Made by a program: the position numbers and the translations under genes. The notes under the pieces were generated by a model. The model did no database searches and was not told the DNA's origin. It worked only from the letters and a program-made list of their open reading frames with translations. A stretch of DNA of 64,000 nt from Marsupella aquatica (taxonomy: Eukaryota > Plantae > Marchantiophyta), in the NCBI GenBank assembly GCA_973895155.1, contig OZ316891.1, forward strand, positions 15,655,037 through 15,719,036. The letters are read 5' to 3'. Positions within the stretch are counted from its first letter, which is position 1. Every line of letters starts with the position of its first letter. Positions 1 through 13,442 of this stretch are shown piece by piece.

Positions 1-233
1 CTTGGACAGGATAGCTCCACCACATGATGAGTAAGACTACCCACTTATTTACTCCTCCAGTATAAATTCTGTGTCCTTACTAATCCATATTTCATATCCA
101 TCGAAGTCGCAACTCTACGTCTCGGACATAAGTTGCAATGAGTACAAAACAACGGCCTTGACAAACTCAAAATTTCAAGAGCATCAAATCCATATATGGC
201 ACAGTGGAAAGTGAGATTTCTTCTAATGGGAAC

Positions 234-3200
234 CTGGATGACATCAGCATTCGTTTTAGCGACTCCACTTGCCACAGTACCAATTCCTGCCTCTGCAACC
301 AGCTTCACAGAAACCTTCGCATTTGGATTGACCTGCAAGGACTCCGAGTATCATCTTTGTGATCATGATGTCTAAAAGATTTGTAATGACTACTTGTTAC
401 GAAACGTCAGGCGTAGCCTTGAGGCTCCAGACTCAACGATGGGCATAGTCTCAAGCTTGTGACAGTCTCGCTTTTGAGGCCAGTGACAAATTTGCAGAAA
501 ATATACTCTCGCAAGTCAAGAGTTGGATAAAGAACAAAAACAAATATAAGACCCGACATAACCAATTTTCCAGTATGTCAGAGACGTCTACCTGATGGAG
601 ATCATAAATTAGTTGAGCCAAATCCTCTATCGAATAAATGTCATGATGAGGAGGTGGAGATATGAGTGGCACACCAGCCTTCGAGTTTCGTAAAACAGCA
701 ATATATCCACTAACTTTTTTTCCGGGCAATTGACCACCTTCCCCAGGTTTCGCCCCCTGTGCAACCTTGATCTCAAGCTGCTGAGCATTTGCTAGGAAAG
801 TTGGGGTTACACCAAATCGTCCAGAAGCGACCTGGAGCAAGATCACAACACTCGTCAGGGTTCAGTGGTGCCGTATCCAAATCAATTATCGGATCCCGTC
901 AACCTCATCCTTGACAAACATTTCAACTGCAATCGAAGAGACAGAAATAAACTTCAAACAACCTGTAGTTCAGAATTTTTCAGAAAAAAACTACAGTGCT
1001 TTGCATGGGACGAAGAGAAACTATAGGAATCGACACAACGTTGCAACAGAAACTACAAAGGAGACGTTAACAGCACACCTGTTTGATAGCGCTAGTCGCA
1101 GTATCACCATTTTGTAAGCCTTTCAAGTGTGGCAAAGTTGATGAGTATCCATCCTGTACATCAGTGAGATGCCTCCAGCGGACAGGATCCTGTGCCAATG
1201 TTCGGCTCAGCGACGGCGATTGCTTAAAAGAAAAGGATGTTCAAAGGAGAGAGCAAATGGAGTGACAGTTATGTGTGCTCCGACATATTCTCACAGAGTG
1301 CTGTGCTTAAAAGCTAGTAAATCCTGGATTGAAACCTGGTGTTGCCTCATACCAGTAGTGATAGATGATCCCTTCAGCATTTGTTCTTCTCGAAAGGAGT
1401 CTGCAAGCTTAGGGCTTCTAAGACTATTCAGACTGGAAATGAAAAGCAATTGAAACAAATCACTGGTGAGCTTATCGGATAAATCAGATACCTCGCCACC
1501 TTCCCCGGAATTTGACTTCCCTCCAATTCGATTCATAGCTATAGCTATGGCTTCGTGGGTCTCTCTGGAAATGGCACCCAAAGACATGCCTCCGGTGCAG
1601 AAACGCTCTACAATACTGGATGCAGGTTCCACTTTCTTGATTGGGATTGGTGTTCTATCACTCTTCAGTTCAAGGAGATCACGTAGAACCTGCAGAGCAT
1701 CGTCAAATTTAGAATGAATGATGCGTTTGGTTAAAATGACAGATATACGATTGTCTTCGATTGGAAACCGTTTAAAGCGATGGCAAATCACTACCATCCC
1801 AACCTGATGACCGATTCAGGGTATCCCTCACGTGGAATGAAATCCGGATATGACGGGTCAGACCCCGAAATAGAAAAGAATCAGAAATCAACTTCCAAAT
1901 ATTGCCCAAATATTATCAACGCTTACACCTTTAACCTTAAAATGTAAATCAGGGCCTCACATTGGTGGGACGTGTAGACAAGTGCTGCTGATAGACAGCA
2001 TAGGCACTCTCATTCCTCTCACGAACAGCCTTGTGCAGCAGCTTTGACATTTCTGGGTTGTTCCCGTGATACTCACCTGCCATACACCCCAAAAAGCAAT
2101 ATGGCGTGAAAACCCGTTAATATCTCGAGAGAACTGAGGCAAATATTTAAAATCCGCTTAAAGACGACAAACGTGCATGACCATATAAAAGCCTTTGGAA
2201 GGAAACAGACACAGACGAAGACAACAGAAAAAGTGGCAAAATACTGGAAATTAGTGCAGTGAAAACAGCCCCACAGCTTAAATGACAGGGACCAACCTCC
2301 AGCCCTAACTTGAATAAAACCGAAATTCTCCAGCTTCTTTAGATTCTCTTCTGAGAATCCTTTAGCCCAGAATGCTAACGATTCCTGAGCCAGCTGCATG
2401 TAGAGAAAAAGTTGTGTAAGAACGCCAAGGAGTGAACGCCAAGGAGTAGCCCCTTAGAGAATCTAAGCGGAGCAAATCACAAAAGGGATGACGTTGACAC
2501 ATTTGCGCTAATTATGTTTCAGACACAGCTACAGTTGAGGAGGTACAGCATGGACCAAGACAGGTGTGACATTAGCCGAGCCACTCGTGGTTGATTTCAT
2601 CGACCTCAGTTTTCCTCGACTACCCTGAGTGGATTTGTCTCAGATTGCGATCGTTCGGAAAGAGCCGAGCTCAAGTTTAGGCAATCCATGGTCAGCCGGT
2701 AGAATCTATCAGCGCTATAACACTGGTTAGTCATTTGCTTCAGTAATCAAAAAACTTATTTCAGTCACTTTGAAGGCAACCTCAGGCTGTACAGCTGACT
2801 TCCCACAATTTTTCCTGTGTACTTTCTTGTTCCAATTGCTGCCAAGGAGAACCCTTGTCACACCATAGACTGCTAATCTTGACAAGTATAGACCTGCTGT
2901 CTGGAGAGGGACCAGATTATTCTGTGGGTTCCAGAAACAAACCAAGGCTCAACTTTCTTTCTTTCAACTACGATTGCATACACGTCACCTCTACGTTCCT
3001 CTGTATTGTAATCTTCCTATCCGCGCCAAGCTTCTGTTCTGACGGTTGGAGAGTTGTACTTTCTAGGGGTTTATTGAGATCTGGCGACATGGAGAGTCAG
3101 GCAAGTTCTACTCCAAATTTCTAAAAACTGCCAAAACAGCAGGATATCATTTTAATCTCAATGTCCGCCGCACAGTGGGGCTTCTCCAGTATTTCCACAC

Positions 3201-6200
3201 ACAGTTAGCTGGAACCAGTTGACAACGGCAGCCCATGCACGGTGTTTATTGACAAGTATACCAGAAAGAATTTAGCTCTCGGTAACCCAACAAGCTTATC
3301 ACGATGTGATGCAAGACATCTTAGTCTCAATCGTGGGCATATTCCTGCGTAACAGACCCTGATCGTACTGGTAAGGAGAAGGCCCATACGGCTTGTTATC
3401 GGGGCTTATAGGCGACACTGTCCAAGCCCAGCTCCCTTAAAGTCAGAACAAAGCTGATAGCAGTCACATAGCTGCAAGATCACGAAGGAAACTTACAATC
3501 GAATAGGAGACATTCATCTCATGGAAAGTCAAATACAAACTAAAACCATTCGATACCTCATCAAGGGACAAGCCACCAATTCGTGAGACGGATCCTCTGA
3601 ATGCTGCGTTGACAACATCGGCACCTAGTCCATATATTTCGAAAATCTGTGCTCCACAATAGCTACACATAGAATCCATTCCAGAAAAATCAAGCATGAA
3701 AACTGCTGAATTACAGGAAGGATGAAGACAATCTCGGACGTGGATTATGATGGTTAGAAATCTCCCTCCCAAAAACTTGTCGCTTGTTCCAGTAGGCCAC
3801 CTACTTTAGGAAATCTACCACTTCCAATGGTGAAGGCTACCCAGTACATGGAAATTCTTGACAAAACTTCTATATTACAGGTCATGAAAATAGGTACCGT
3901 GAAGTAGCTTAACTACGGTAACTACTCTCCAAAGCAAACACACCAAAGTGTCAACTCCGTAGCTGGTCAGTAAAACTGTCACCAATTTCACAATACCGAT
4001 ATAGTCTACGGAGAGGGAAAAAAATTGGGCATCGAAGGCTGTACCTTGAAATTAACGAGATACCCATCTTTGAGAGGATCTTAAGAAGACCAGCTTTCAC
4101 TGCCTGAGTAAGAAAAAACATTCCTTAGGATCTCACTTGTAAAAATTATTGCAAATTGAAATCTGCAAGGAACATGGATCGCTGCTTCTCGTCAGGTTGT
4201 TACAACAAAACCAAATCTACCTCATCGAAAGCTGGTCACTAGCAATCGATCAAAGAATTTTCACAATCTCGACGCTGCTAACGTCGAAATTCTTGGAGAA
4301 AGGTTTTCAAAAATGAGACCTTCCCTTAATTACCAAATCAAACTTTTGATACAGACAACTGAGGACCTCAACGTGATTGAAAGGCAATACCTTTCGGAAA
4401 TTGTTCTGGGTTTGCTCCACTGTCGATGTAGGAATCTTTCCGCTCTTCATGAAGTTTACTGTCTTCGTACTCATGCGCCATTGCCGACATGTCTCAAGCG
4501 CCAAGTAAGGGCATACAGCACTGTAAATGTAACTTAATATTAGCCAGACTTCAGACCACATTGTGAGCCTAAATTCTTAAACACAAATGTTCTTTCGTCC
4601 ATGTCAGAGTTTGCTTGTGGCTCCTACCTCCTCTTCACTAGCATTGAAGCAGCGTTTTAAAAGACCTAGAGAAACAGAGCACCAACCAGAGTGCCTGAAC
4701 ATTTTAAAGATAATCATGTTTCAAGCCAAACTTCAAAGCGGTTGCATTTGAAAAACTATGCTGGACCAGAATGTTCTTGGAGATGTATTTTAAGGAATGG
4801 AGTAACGCACCTGGCACCATATCCAACTAAGCAAGCAAAATGATGGGTGCTGAAACACTGAGCAGTCTCAGCGATTATAGAGGCTGACAACCGAAGACCA
4901 TTTTGAATCAAATGATGGTGCACTGCTCCCACTGCCAGCAATATCGGTATGGCAGGCTTTGTAACCTCCTGCGACAACCATCCAAACTTTTTCAAATGCT
5001 AAGAGAAAATCTTCCCAACGTCTTTTGAGTTCTCATGATTTTCCTCCTTCCGCAACGTGTTTGGAAAGACAGCAACTCAGGCTAAACGTTTACACACCAA
5101 CGATATTAGGCTAATCATACATTTCGAAATCTATTCATGTAAAGCTGTTCCTCTAAACTGAGCTGAGAATACTGCCGGTAGAATTTCACTAGTAATAACA
5201 TACAGATGCCCGACAGAAAATGGAGTAAATTGTACCGGCTCATCAGACCGATCACTGAGGATCAGAAGCTGTGAACCAGCACGAACAGCTTCATCTGCAG
5301 CTTCACAAAGACTGCTTAGAGCTTTTTCCAATGAGCCGGCCACACCAGCGCTGATATCAAAAAATATAGGCAGAGTTGAAGATTTAAATATAGGATCCCC
5401 TTCCAGTAATTCCAGTTCTCCTTCACTGAGTACTGGACTTGATAAAGTCATCTGCAATTGCTCCATAACATGGCCTCAGTCAGTAAATAACAAGATTCCT
5501 ATGTAGAGTACGTGCACAATGCACGTCCAGCAGTAAAACATTATTCAAATGCACGATGGACAATCGTTGGGGGCATTAGAGATTGCATCAGCAATACCTG
5601 TACTGCATTTGAAGGTCCAGGCTCGAGTATATTTTCACGTTTGCCAATATTAACTTCCAAGGACATCACCAGGCCCTCTCGCAGAGGATCGATTGCTGGA
5701 TTTGTAACCTGCAGACACAGCCAGTGGACTTTTGTTTACATTCTGCAATTGCCAAAGACCACTTCTTCGACTGGACAGGACCATCACAGTAAACATGTCA
5801 TTCTACTCTGTGGAATCAAAAAAAAATCCCGTCACCATTTTGACTTGTTAAAGCAGAAATGTACTCACCTGAGCAAAACGTTGCTTGAAATAATCGAACA
5901 ACAAGTGGCCCTTGCTAGATAGCACAGCCAGCGGAGCATCATCTCCCATACAGAACGTTGGCTCTTTTCCTTGCGAAGCCATGTTCTCAATAACCATTTG
6001 GACATCTTCAGTGGAGTAACCAAATGCCCTGCATAATATACCAAAACACAAATTGGAAAATACGAACCCACTCAGGTCTATGCATCTACTGTTCGATTTT
6101 TGAGAATGATGAGATAGCTGGTAAAGTGCCCACATGAGGAGGAACGACAGAAAGTACAAAATGCAGCATTCACAAACAGAGGAAACATACTGTTGGAACT

Positions 6201-9200
6201 TCAGTAAGCTTTCAGAATCTAGGCGTGTAGAACTGACGAAGTTGACAGGTTGTAAAGTACGTCTTCCATCTTGCAACCATTTTCCATAAGGTTTTGCATT
6301 CGCCACACGCTTCTTCACAGTGGTGTTCTCAGAGACCTGCAGTATCGTTCAAAAACATTTTGGGAAACGTTTCATCATATTTAACAAGCATCCCACAAAA
6401 GTGACGTATTGTTGAGATCATTCGAGGACGTTCTTAAGCGTTCAAGAAGAGGTCAAGAATAAGGAAAACAATTAATGTATCGAAACTGTCGTGTGTACCT
6501 CGCCTGTCTCCAGATCCACTGTTATCATCATTCCCGGGCCCAAACGACCCTTCATTGTGACATTTGGTTCATCGGAGTGAAGTACTCCCACCTGCTTCCA
6601 CAGTGTAAGGGGCCTAATAAGAAGACTAGAACAGATACCCAAACGTGTTTCCAGAGACTACTCTCACTTGCTCCCTTCAATTCCAATTCGAGTATCTCTC
6701 ACTATGTAGAAAAGTTATACTGAGATTTCCATTCATTGTTCAGCTAGATAGAGAGATAACTGTATTCAGAAAGGAAAATAGCTACCGCACCTCTGAGGCA
6801 ACATATAGCATGCCATTGTCTGTGCGCCAATATCGGGCAGGACGAAGGCCATTACGATCAAGACAAGCGCCTACAGTTCTCCCATCACTAGACAGAAACG
6901 ACCAAAGGCCATGAGGATGATGAATGAATGAGGGCGGCGTAGTCATGCGAAAGAGAACAACTAGGCTATCATGTTCCATACAAATCAACAATGGTCACAT
7001 CATTTTCCGTCCGATCGTTTCTACACCCACAGTTGAATCCTTCGGAAAGAAGGGCCAGCTTAAACTTCATCCAGGTACATATCGACAAGAACAATTTTGT
7101 ACCTAAAGAGCAATAAAGCCGGTCCATCCCAAGCCTCCATTTGACCCTTATAATAGTCATAAAAGTCGACAACCTGTTGAGCGACACCCAAGCTTGGAGG
7201 TGTGAATAATCACGGTCTACACAAAATGTAGGGCATGCAGGTAGGAAACCTGAGAAGCACTATTGTCCTCAAAGACATTGTTAACAGATTTAAAAGCTTA
7301 TAACCAATACATCGTGGAGAAACTCCAGCTTAAGATGCCTAGAAATAAACTAAGTTAATCACCAGGACATCGTGGAGAAACTCAAAAGCATCTTAAGGTG
7401 CCTAGAACAAGCTTGTGACAGCCACAAAATTTGACCGACGATTGAAGACGAAAAAAAGCGTTACAAACAATAGGTCAAAACCACTAATCATCAAACGATT
7501 CTCATATCAGGTCCCCAAAATTCACCGAAACATCAGCAAAAAACCGGTGCTCCTTCCCAGCGAATCAAACACATGTGCAAATATACAAATCATTCATCAC
7601 CTGCAAGCAACAACACAGTTAAGCAGTAAAAAATGAAAGCAAGTCTCACCTCAGGATACTTGACATTCAAAGTTGGATGGTTCTTGTAAGCTTCTGGAAC
7701 CAAGACCATCATGGCCTCCTCGGGGGTTCGTCCACTTCTGATCAATAGCTGCCCATATAAAAAATTTCCAGGATCAGAAGATGATTAAAAGTTGACATCC
7801 TTCACAAACACTCTGCGTCCTTTTAACTTCGGCCTTCCAAGTACCAAAGCCTAGCAGTAGAACTTGATGAGGCGGGGTAAATGTACTCTAATTTATTCCA
7901 TGCAGAGAAATAAAAATCAACTTCGTCAAGTTGCAGCATAGATTCCGACCTCTGCTGCAACATCGAGATTAGCAGAATCCGATGCTTTTGCACTACCAAT
8001 AGGTCTGATGTCCTCTTCTCGACCATGCCAAACAGGGCTGTACATGGTAGCTTCTCGAGATCGCATCCAGTTTAAATTTCCCTGCAGGAATTTATCACAA
8101 TTTCAATTACTTACTCTTGATGATAAACAAAAGACAAAAGTATCAGCACATCTTAACAACAGGCAAAACGGCATCATACATTCCGCATCAATCAAACTAT
8201 ATATATAATTGCACGTAATTGCCAAAGGTCCTGCTAAACAAACCTGCAAAGTGTTGATCTCGCCATTATGTCCCAAAAACCTCATGGGTTGTGCTAGCGG
8301 CCATCTTGGACTAGTGTTCGTGCTAAAGCGCCGATGATAGATTGCGAACTGAGACTTGTATAGCTCGTTTTGCAGATCATCATAGAACTCCCCCAGAACT
8401 GCTGAGCGCAGCATTCCTTTGTATACAATTGTTTGACTTGACAAGGAACAGAAGTATGTATCCTCCCCCCACGCCTCAGTCAAGGCTGTCTTCTCAATCA
8501 ATTTGCGAGTAATGTACAGGTCTCGTTCAATGTCATCAAGAGATTCCTCAGCTGAAATCTTAACAAAGACCTGCATAATGCTTGGTAAGGTGATCTTCGC
8601 GTAATATCCCACAACTGATTCGTGAACTGGCACTTGTCTCCAGCCCAGTACTTCAAGTTTCTCACCAGCAAAGACTTTCTCGATTGCTGCCGTCAGCCAA
8701 CTGCAGATTGTCAAAGGCAGCTATTTACAGCACGGGCAAGGCAGAGAACACATATACGAGCATCAAAATTCTTCAGAACACATGCCTCTGCCTCAATAAC
8801 TAGTTCAAAGTATCGCCACCGTGTGGTATCTTGAACAAATCAAAACCCTCCAAGGCACTGCTTTGCTTGTCCTGCTCTCGGTTAGGCTTGCAGTCATGTA
8901 TTATTCTTTCCGTCAAACAAAGAAATAGCTTCGACAGCCCTACCCTGCAATTTCCTACATCATATCACACATTGAGAGGGCAGCTCTAAGACCTATACCC
9001 AGGTCTGAGATTCTGCAAATTGAGGCTAAACACGTCAGGCTCTCGGATGTCCCAAAATTTTGTCATCCTTGGCTCAACTCCGTCCGATGTCAACGCACGA
9101 AAGTACATTATTTTATCATTACGTTCATTGAGCTAAGGAACGAATTACCTAATTGTAACTCATTACGGCTACTACTTCAACTCGACTGCAAATGTCCCTC

Positions 9201-11465
9201 GTGCCCGACCAGTGATGAACGAGCTTTTTCACTAGTATTGAATGGTAGTGAAATTACTGTCAAACGGACCAAAGAAATGTAGATGCTCGATGACGTAAAG
9301 GAAAAACGAGGTCTTGTGGATCAGAAAGACGAACACTAATTCAATGAGCACCTCGACTATGGAGCACAATAAATTTTTAACTCAATCTGGGTTTGTACCA
9401 CTGACGGAAAATATTCGACTCAATCATAACGCAGGTAGATTACGCTAGTATCATATTGCTGGTCAAGTTAGCCAATACGGGGCTCAAGACGTGCTTATGT
9501 ACAAATAGTATATCAAGATTAAGTTAGCGCAAACTATCGGCACTTCCAAGGCGAGGAATTTTACGCGTTATAGAGAAACGCCTTCAAAACTATTCCCTCC
9601 CTGCACGAAAGTTTAATTTCCAACACCATTACGGTCTCACGCATCCAACCAGCAATGAAGAGATACTCAGAAGTGGGGCCACTTGAACGCTAACGGTTTG
9701 TAAAGTTAGACGTTTGCGGCACTAAACTTAGCCCAATGCGCCGCAATAGAGAGATTCCAGAGTCTGTGAGCAAATACCATTCGAAACGTGTCGCAATGTC
9801 CCTCCAAAAGAAAACTTTGCTACACAAACTAACGATCATTCAACTGTACTTGTATACCCACAATTAGTACAGTTTTACGTTACCCCTGTCAAAAGAAGAA
9901 TCTTTGCGAAGACGTTCAGACTCCCACACCGAGACTCCCAATTCTGTTCAAATTCTTGTATCCAAGTTTCCCTACAGTGTATCGAAGGATGTCGTTGTGT
10001 CCACTTCTGGTCTCCAAAATCGGCCGGCGTGTCTCACCAATCAGAGAGTCAAATCTATTGCCTGAAAATTGCCCGACATAATCGTGACTGTACTGACTCC
10101 GATTTTTGGAGTTAAGCTCAATTTCGTGCTCCTCACGCACACAGAATTGCATGTTCGTGCAAGAGAACATGATCACAAGCTTGGGGATCAGACTTCAAAT
10201 CTTCATACATTCAGATTCAGTGACACTTCTTTGCAGATTAATTCAGTTGTACTAGTCTGGTGTGTTTATCCTACTTCCAAGAATTTCGCTGAGGTTTGAA
10301 GCCTGCGCGTAAGACCATAGGGAAAGGAGCAAAGTCTTGCATTCTCTAATTTCTTGCTAGGCGTTACAAGTGCCAGGTGCGCATGGCTGAAAAAGGGACT
10401 TAAGTTCCTTTTCGTGACAAAAGATCGGGTAAACTACGGCCAAACACGAAGTTTAGCCAGTACAAAATGTTCACCTGCTTTAGCTGCAGATTCCAAAGTT
10501 TCGTCCTTGGGAAGAAACACCATCCCCACTGCAGTATTTGGACCACTGATAGGTGGTAGTCCTTGGTCGGTGAACCACTTGTCAAAGAGCTCCCAGGGGA
10601 TTTTTGTCATGATTCCTGCACCATCCCCAGAGTCGTCATCTGCACCACAACCTCCTCGATGCTCCATGCAAGAGAGGGCACTAAGTGCATCCTGGACTAC
10701 TTCAAACGATGGCTGGTTTCTCAAATTAGCGATGAAACCAACTCCACAAGCATCCCGCTCAGCTATAATGTCTTCCATGTTAACAACCTGCACAGTAAAG
10801 TCCACCAAAGATCACAAAGTGACGGGAACAACACATTTTTCCAGACACGCTCGCCCAGTTAGCGTTCGCCATAATCGCACGAGACGAAAGCCAGAAAACT
10901 GGACCCTTCTGCCACAGTTGTGAACCGAAAACTGCCTTAAATCGGGCTAATGCTGATTTAAAACTTCTACAATAGAACTGGCTGACGAACATCTATCTTG
11001 CAATGCTTGTACGAAGCACTGCATTATTACCTCAGACCATGGGCACAAACCGCAGAAGATCAATGATCATAAGATACAAGGCCGAAAACCAATAGATACT
11101 TTTCTGCAGCATGCCTATTGGGGATCGGAACTTACATCATACTTGCTTTCGATGTAATTAACTCCGGAGGTGTGGATATTCAGCGAGGCACAAACTCGCC
11201 TCCAAGAATTGGTACGCCCACGCCCCTTCCTGTCCCGAAGGCGATAAAGGATTTGCTTCGACTGAGATGGCGTCCCAGTCTTAACACTCGAGCGAAACCC
11301 TTCAAATGTGGGTACATTTGATCTCTCGCAGGACCCATTGCTATTTCTAAGACTTGCAACTGTACGAACTGTAGACGAGGCGAACGAAGAGGAGCCTGGA
11401 CGACAGTAATAATCTCCTGCGGATCTACCCGACAGCGATGGCACGAGAGGGTTCCTTAACGCCAT
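234..11465 (-). CDS. GLU1: Ferredoxin-dependent glutamate synthase (Fd-GOGAT), chloroplast precursor; 5' part only, gene continues past the left edge
   Basis: 22 GT-AG exons with consistent phases (3525 nt, 1175 codons): 11136-11465, 10475-10787, 8244-8686, 7950-8081, 7650-7748, 7103-7173, 6791-6887, 6499-6591, 6191-6336, 5869-6028, 5598-5708, 5236-5451, 4811-4968, 4391-4520, 4045-4103, 3557-3662, 2297-2393, 1961-2076, 1492-1689, 1079-1189, 592-831, 234-332. Ser/Arg-rich transit-peptide-like N-terminus. Ntn-amidotransferase start ERDA|CGVGF. Motifs [90 protein letters not shown]. Confidence 0.96.
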
Positions 11466-13090
11466 GAGGGCGAGCACCCTCACGCTGCTTCACTCGAGTC
11501 GAATTCAACTCACAAGTACTGGCCCCTCCTAGCGGCAAAGGAGTTCGAAGAAGACTCAGAAGAGAAGTAATATATGCGCACTTTCAATTCAGCTCCTGCG
11601 AACAATGCAGCTCCTGCAGCACCCGTCTATGCAGCGTCCTCCACTCAATTCTGCCCTCATTTCACAGCAAATCGTTCCACAATCTCCAATTCCTTTGCAC
11701 ACCCAAACCACCTGCAAGGCCACTGGCTCAACCGAAGACCCGTTGAGGCTTCGCAGCCGCAAATAAGAATCACTTTCGAGCTGGACAGGAGGACGAATGG
11801 ATGTTCACTCCGGCATTTGGGTGGAGGACGCTGAAGTAGCGTTTCGAGCGAGTGGGACATCAGATTGTAGATGAGAAGGACAAAATGAGAGGAGAAAAGT
11901 GGTGCTGGAATTTCATTTTTTGAAATAAAAAATTGTCCAAGGGAGGCTGGAAGAATGTAGTGGTGGGAGGGCAGAGGCAGAGCAAAGGATCAGATGAGGG
12001 TGTCTGCCCCGCAATTTCCCTTGCCCTCCTCAGTTTCCTTGGAGACTGCTGACACTTATTATAGCGGCCCTTTGTCCACACCAGGATATCTCTCATTGGC
12101 TCAACTTGCACAACTTGGCCTTTCTGATCATCTTGTCTGCAGCCCAACAGAAAGAGCCGTCGGATTCGCGGCGTCCAGGAGGCGTCCGAACCATTGCCTC
12201 ACAGTGATAGATTCGATTTCTTTTTTGTGTGTGGATAGATTCGATTCCTGGAGTCATGCTGAGCTTGCGGATATGGGCGCCTCTTCTCTTCGACACACAA
12301 CGAGCCTCTCTCGTTGGACTTGGACCTCACCCGTCGCCCCTCAAGTCCCCCAACCCCACATGATATCCATGGCTCTACGAATAGGTCCTCATCCGATTAG
12401 CCCTCAAAGACCTCATATCTCCTATCATCTTGGAACAGTTCGCACAAGTCAGGTACTCATTCCACTAGCCCTCCTATGGTCCAGACCAGAATTGCCCTCA
12501 TACCTCCTATTTTCTTGGAACAATTGGCTGAAGTGAGAGAGACCAAGGAAAGTATTAGGGAGTGTCAAAACAAGGTCTTTACACAACAAGTAACAAAGTT
12601 AGAGAGACAAGACCATAAAATGCTTGTATGGCCAAGACACAAATGTTATGGGCTACCTACTATAAATATATGTCTTGTAAGGAGATTAGGGTCAATACAC
12701 TCAAGATTATGTGGGAGCCTGTTTTCGGCATTGGAATGCATCATTTCACAAAGATTCTCGAGTATATACATAGTGAGTGACGTGTGGGGTCCTTCACTTA
12801 TTCCCTCGCACTCTGGTAAGTTAATGACTACTTGAGATCTGTATGGATTTATTTCCTAGAGAAGTCTGATGTTTTTTCCATTTTTCAAAAGTGGAACGCC
12901 CATTTTGAGAATCAAACTAGAAGCACATTGAAGTGCTTGGATACAAGGGTGGGATTATGATCGGACAATGGCGAGTAGTACACTTCAGATATTTTTGGAA
13001 GGAACTGTGAAGAACAGGGAATCACTCACCATCTCACCATGATTTACACTCCACAGTAGAAAAGAGTTGTTGAGCAGCTCAATTGAACAT

Positions 13091-13300
13091 TGTTGGAATG
13101 TGAAAGGTGTATATTGAGCCAATTCGGTTTACCATATGCTTTTTAGGTTGAAGTTGTGAACACTATAACTTATTTGGTAAAACTTTATCCTTCTAGTGCC
13201 ATATATGACATGACGCCATTTGAACATATCTCTTGGTGTCGGTGTGTGTGTGCTTGCAGATGGTTGTGCTTGTGGTTATTTTGTGACGGTTCTCCCAACA
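13091..13300 (+). mobile_element. Putative solo LTR remnant (copia-like termini)
   Basis: Starts TGTTGG and ends CCAACA (6-bp terminal inverted repeat). TG-rich 3' half resembles 18857-19080. No clean TSD. Confidence 0.35.
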
Positions 13301-13442
13301 CCAGTGCCCCATTACACATTTAGATTCCTTGTTAATTTATTTTATACCTTAGCATTACTTTAGTCTATCTCCTTGTAAGTGGATGGCCTATGTATCTCAC
13401 CTGAGACTATATGTTCAGTAAAGTTTTACTTTCAAGGCAAGA

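Noticed and set aside
2420-2447. 14-bp tandem duplication GAACGCCAAGGAGT in a GOGAT intron
   Set aside because: Ordinary slippage event with no evident function.
10354-10923. 189-aa plus-strand ORF (and other antisense ORFs over GOGAT)
   Set aside because: Shadow frames opposite conserved exons; no independent motifs.
11466-11483. ORF-track start of GOGAT at 11483
   Set aside because: It is a GTG; the first in-frame ATG is at 11465.
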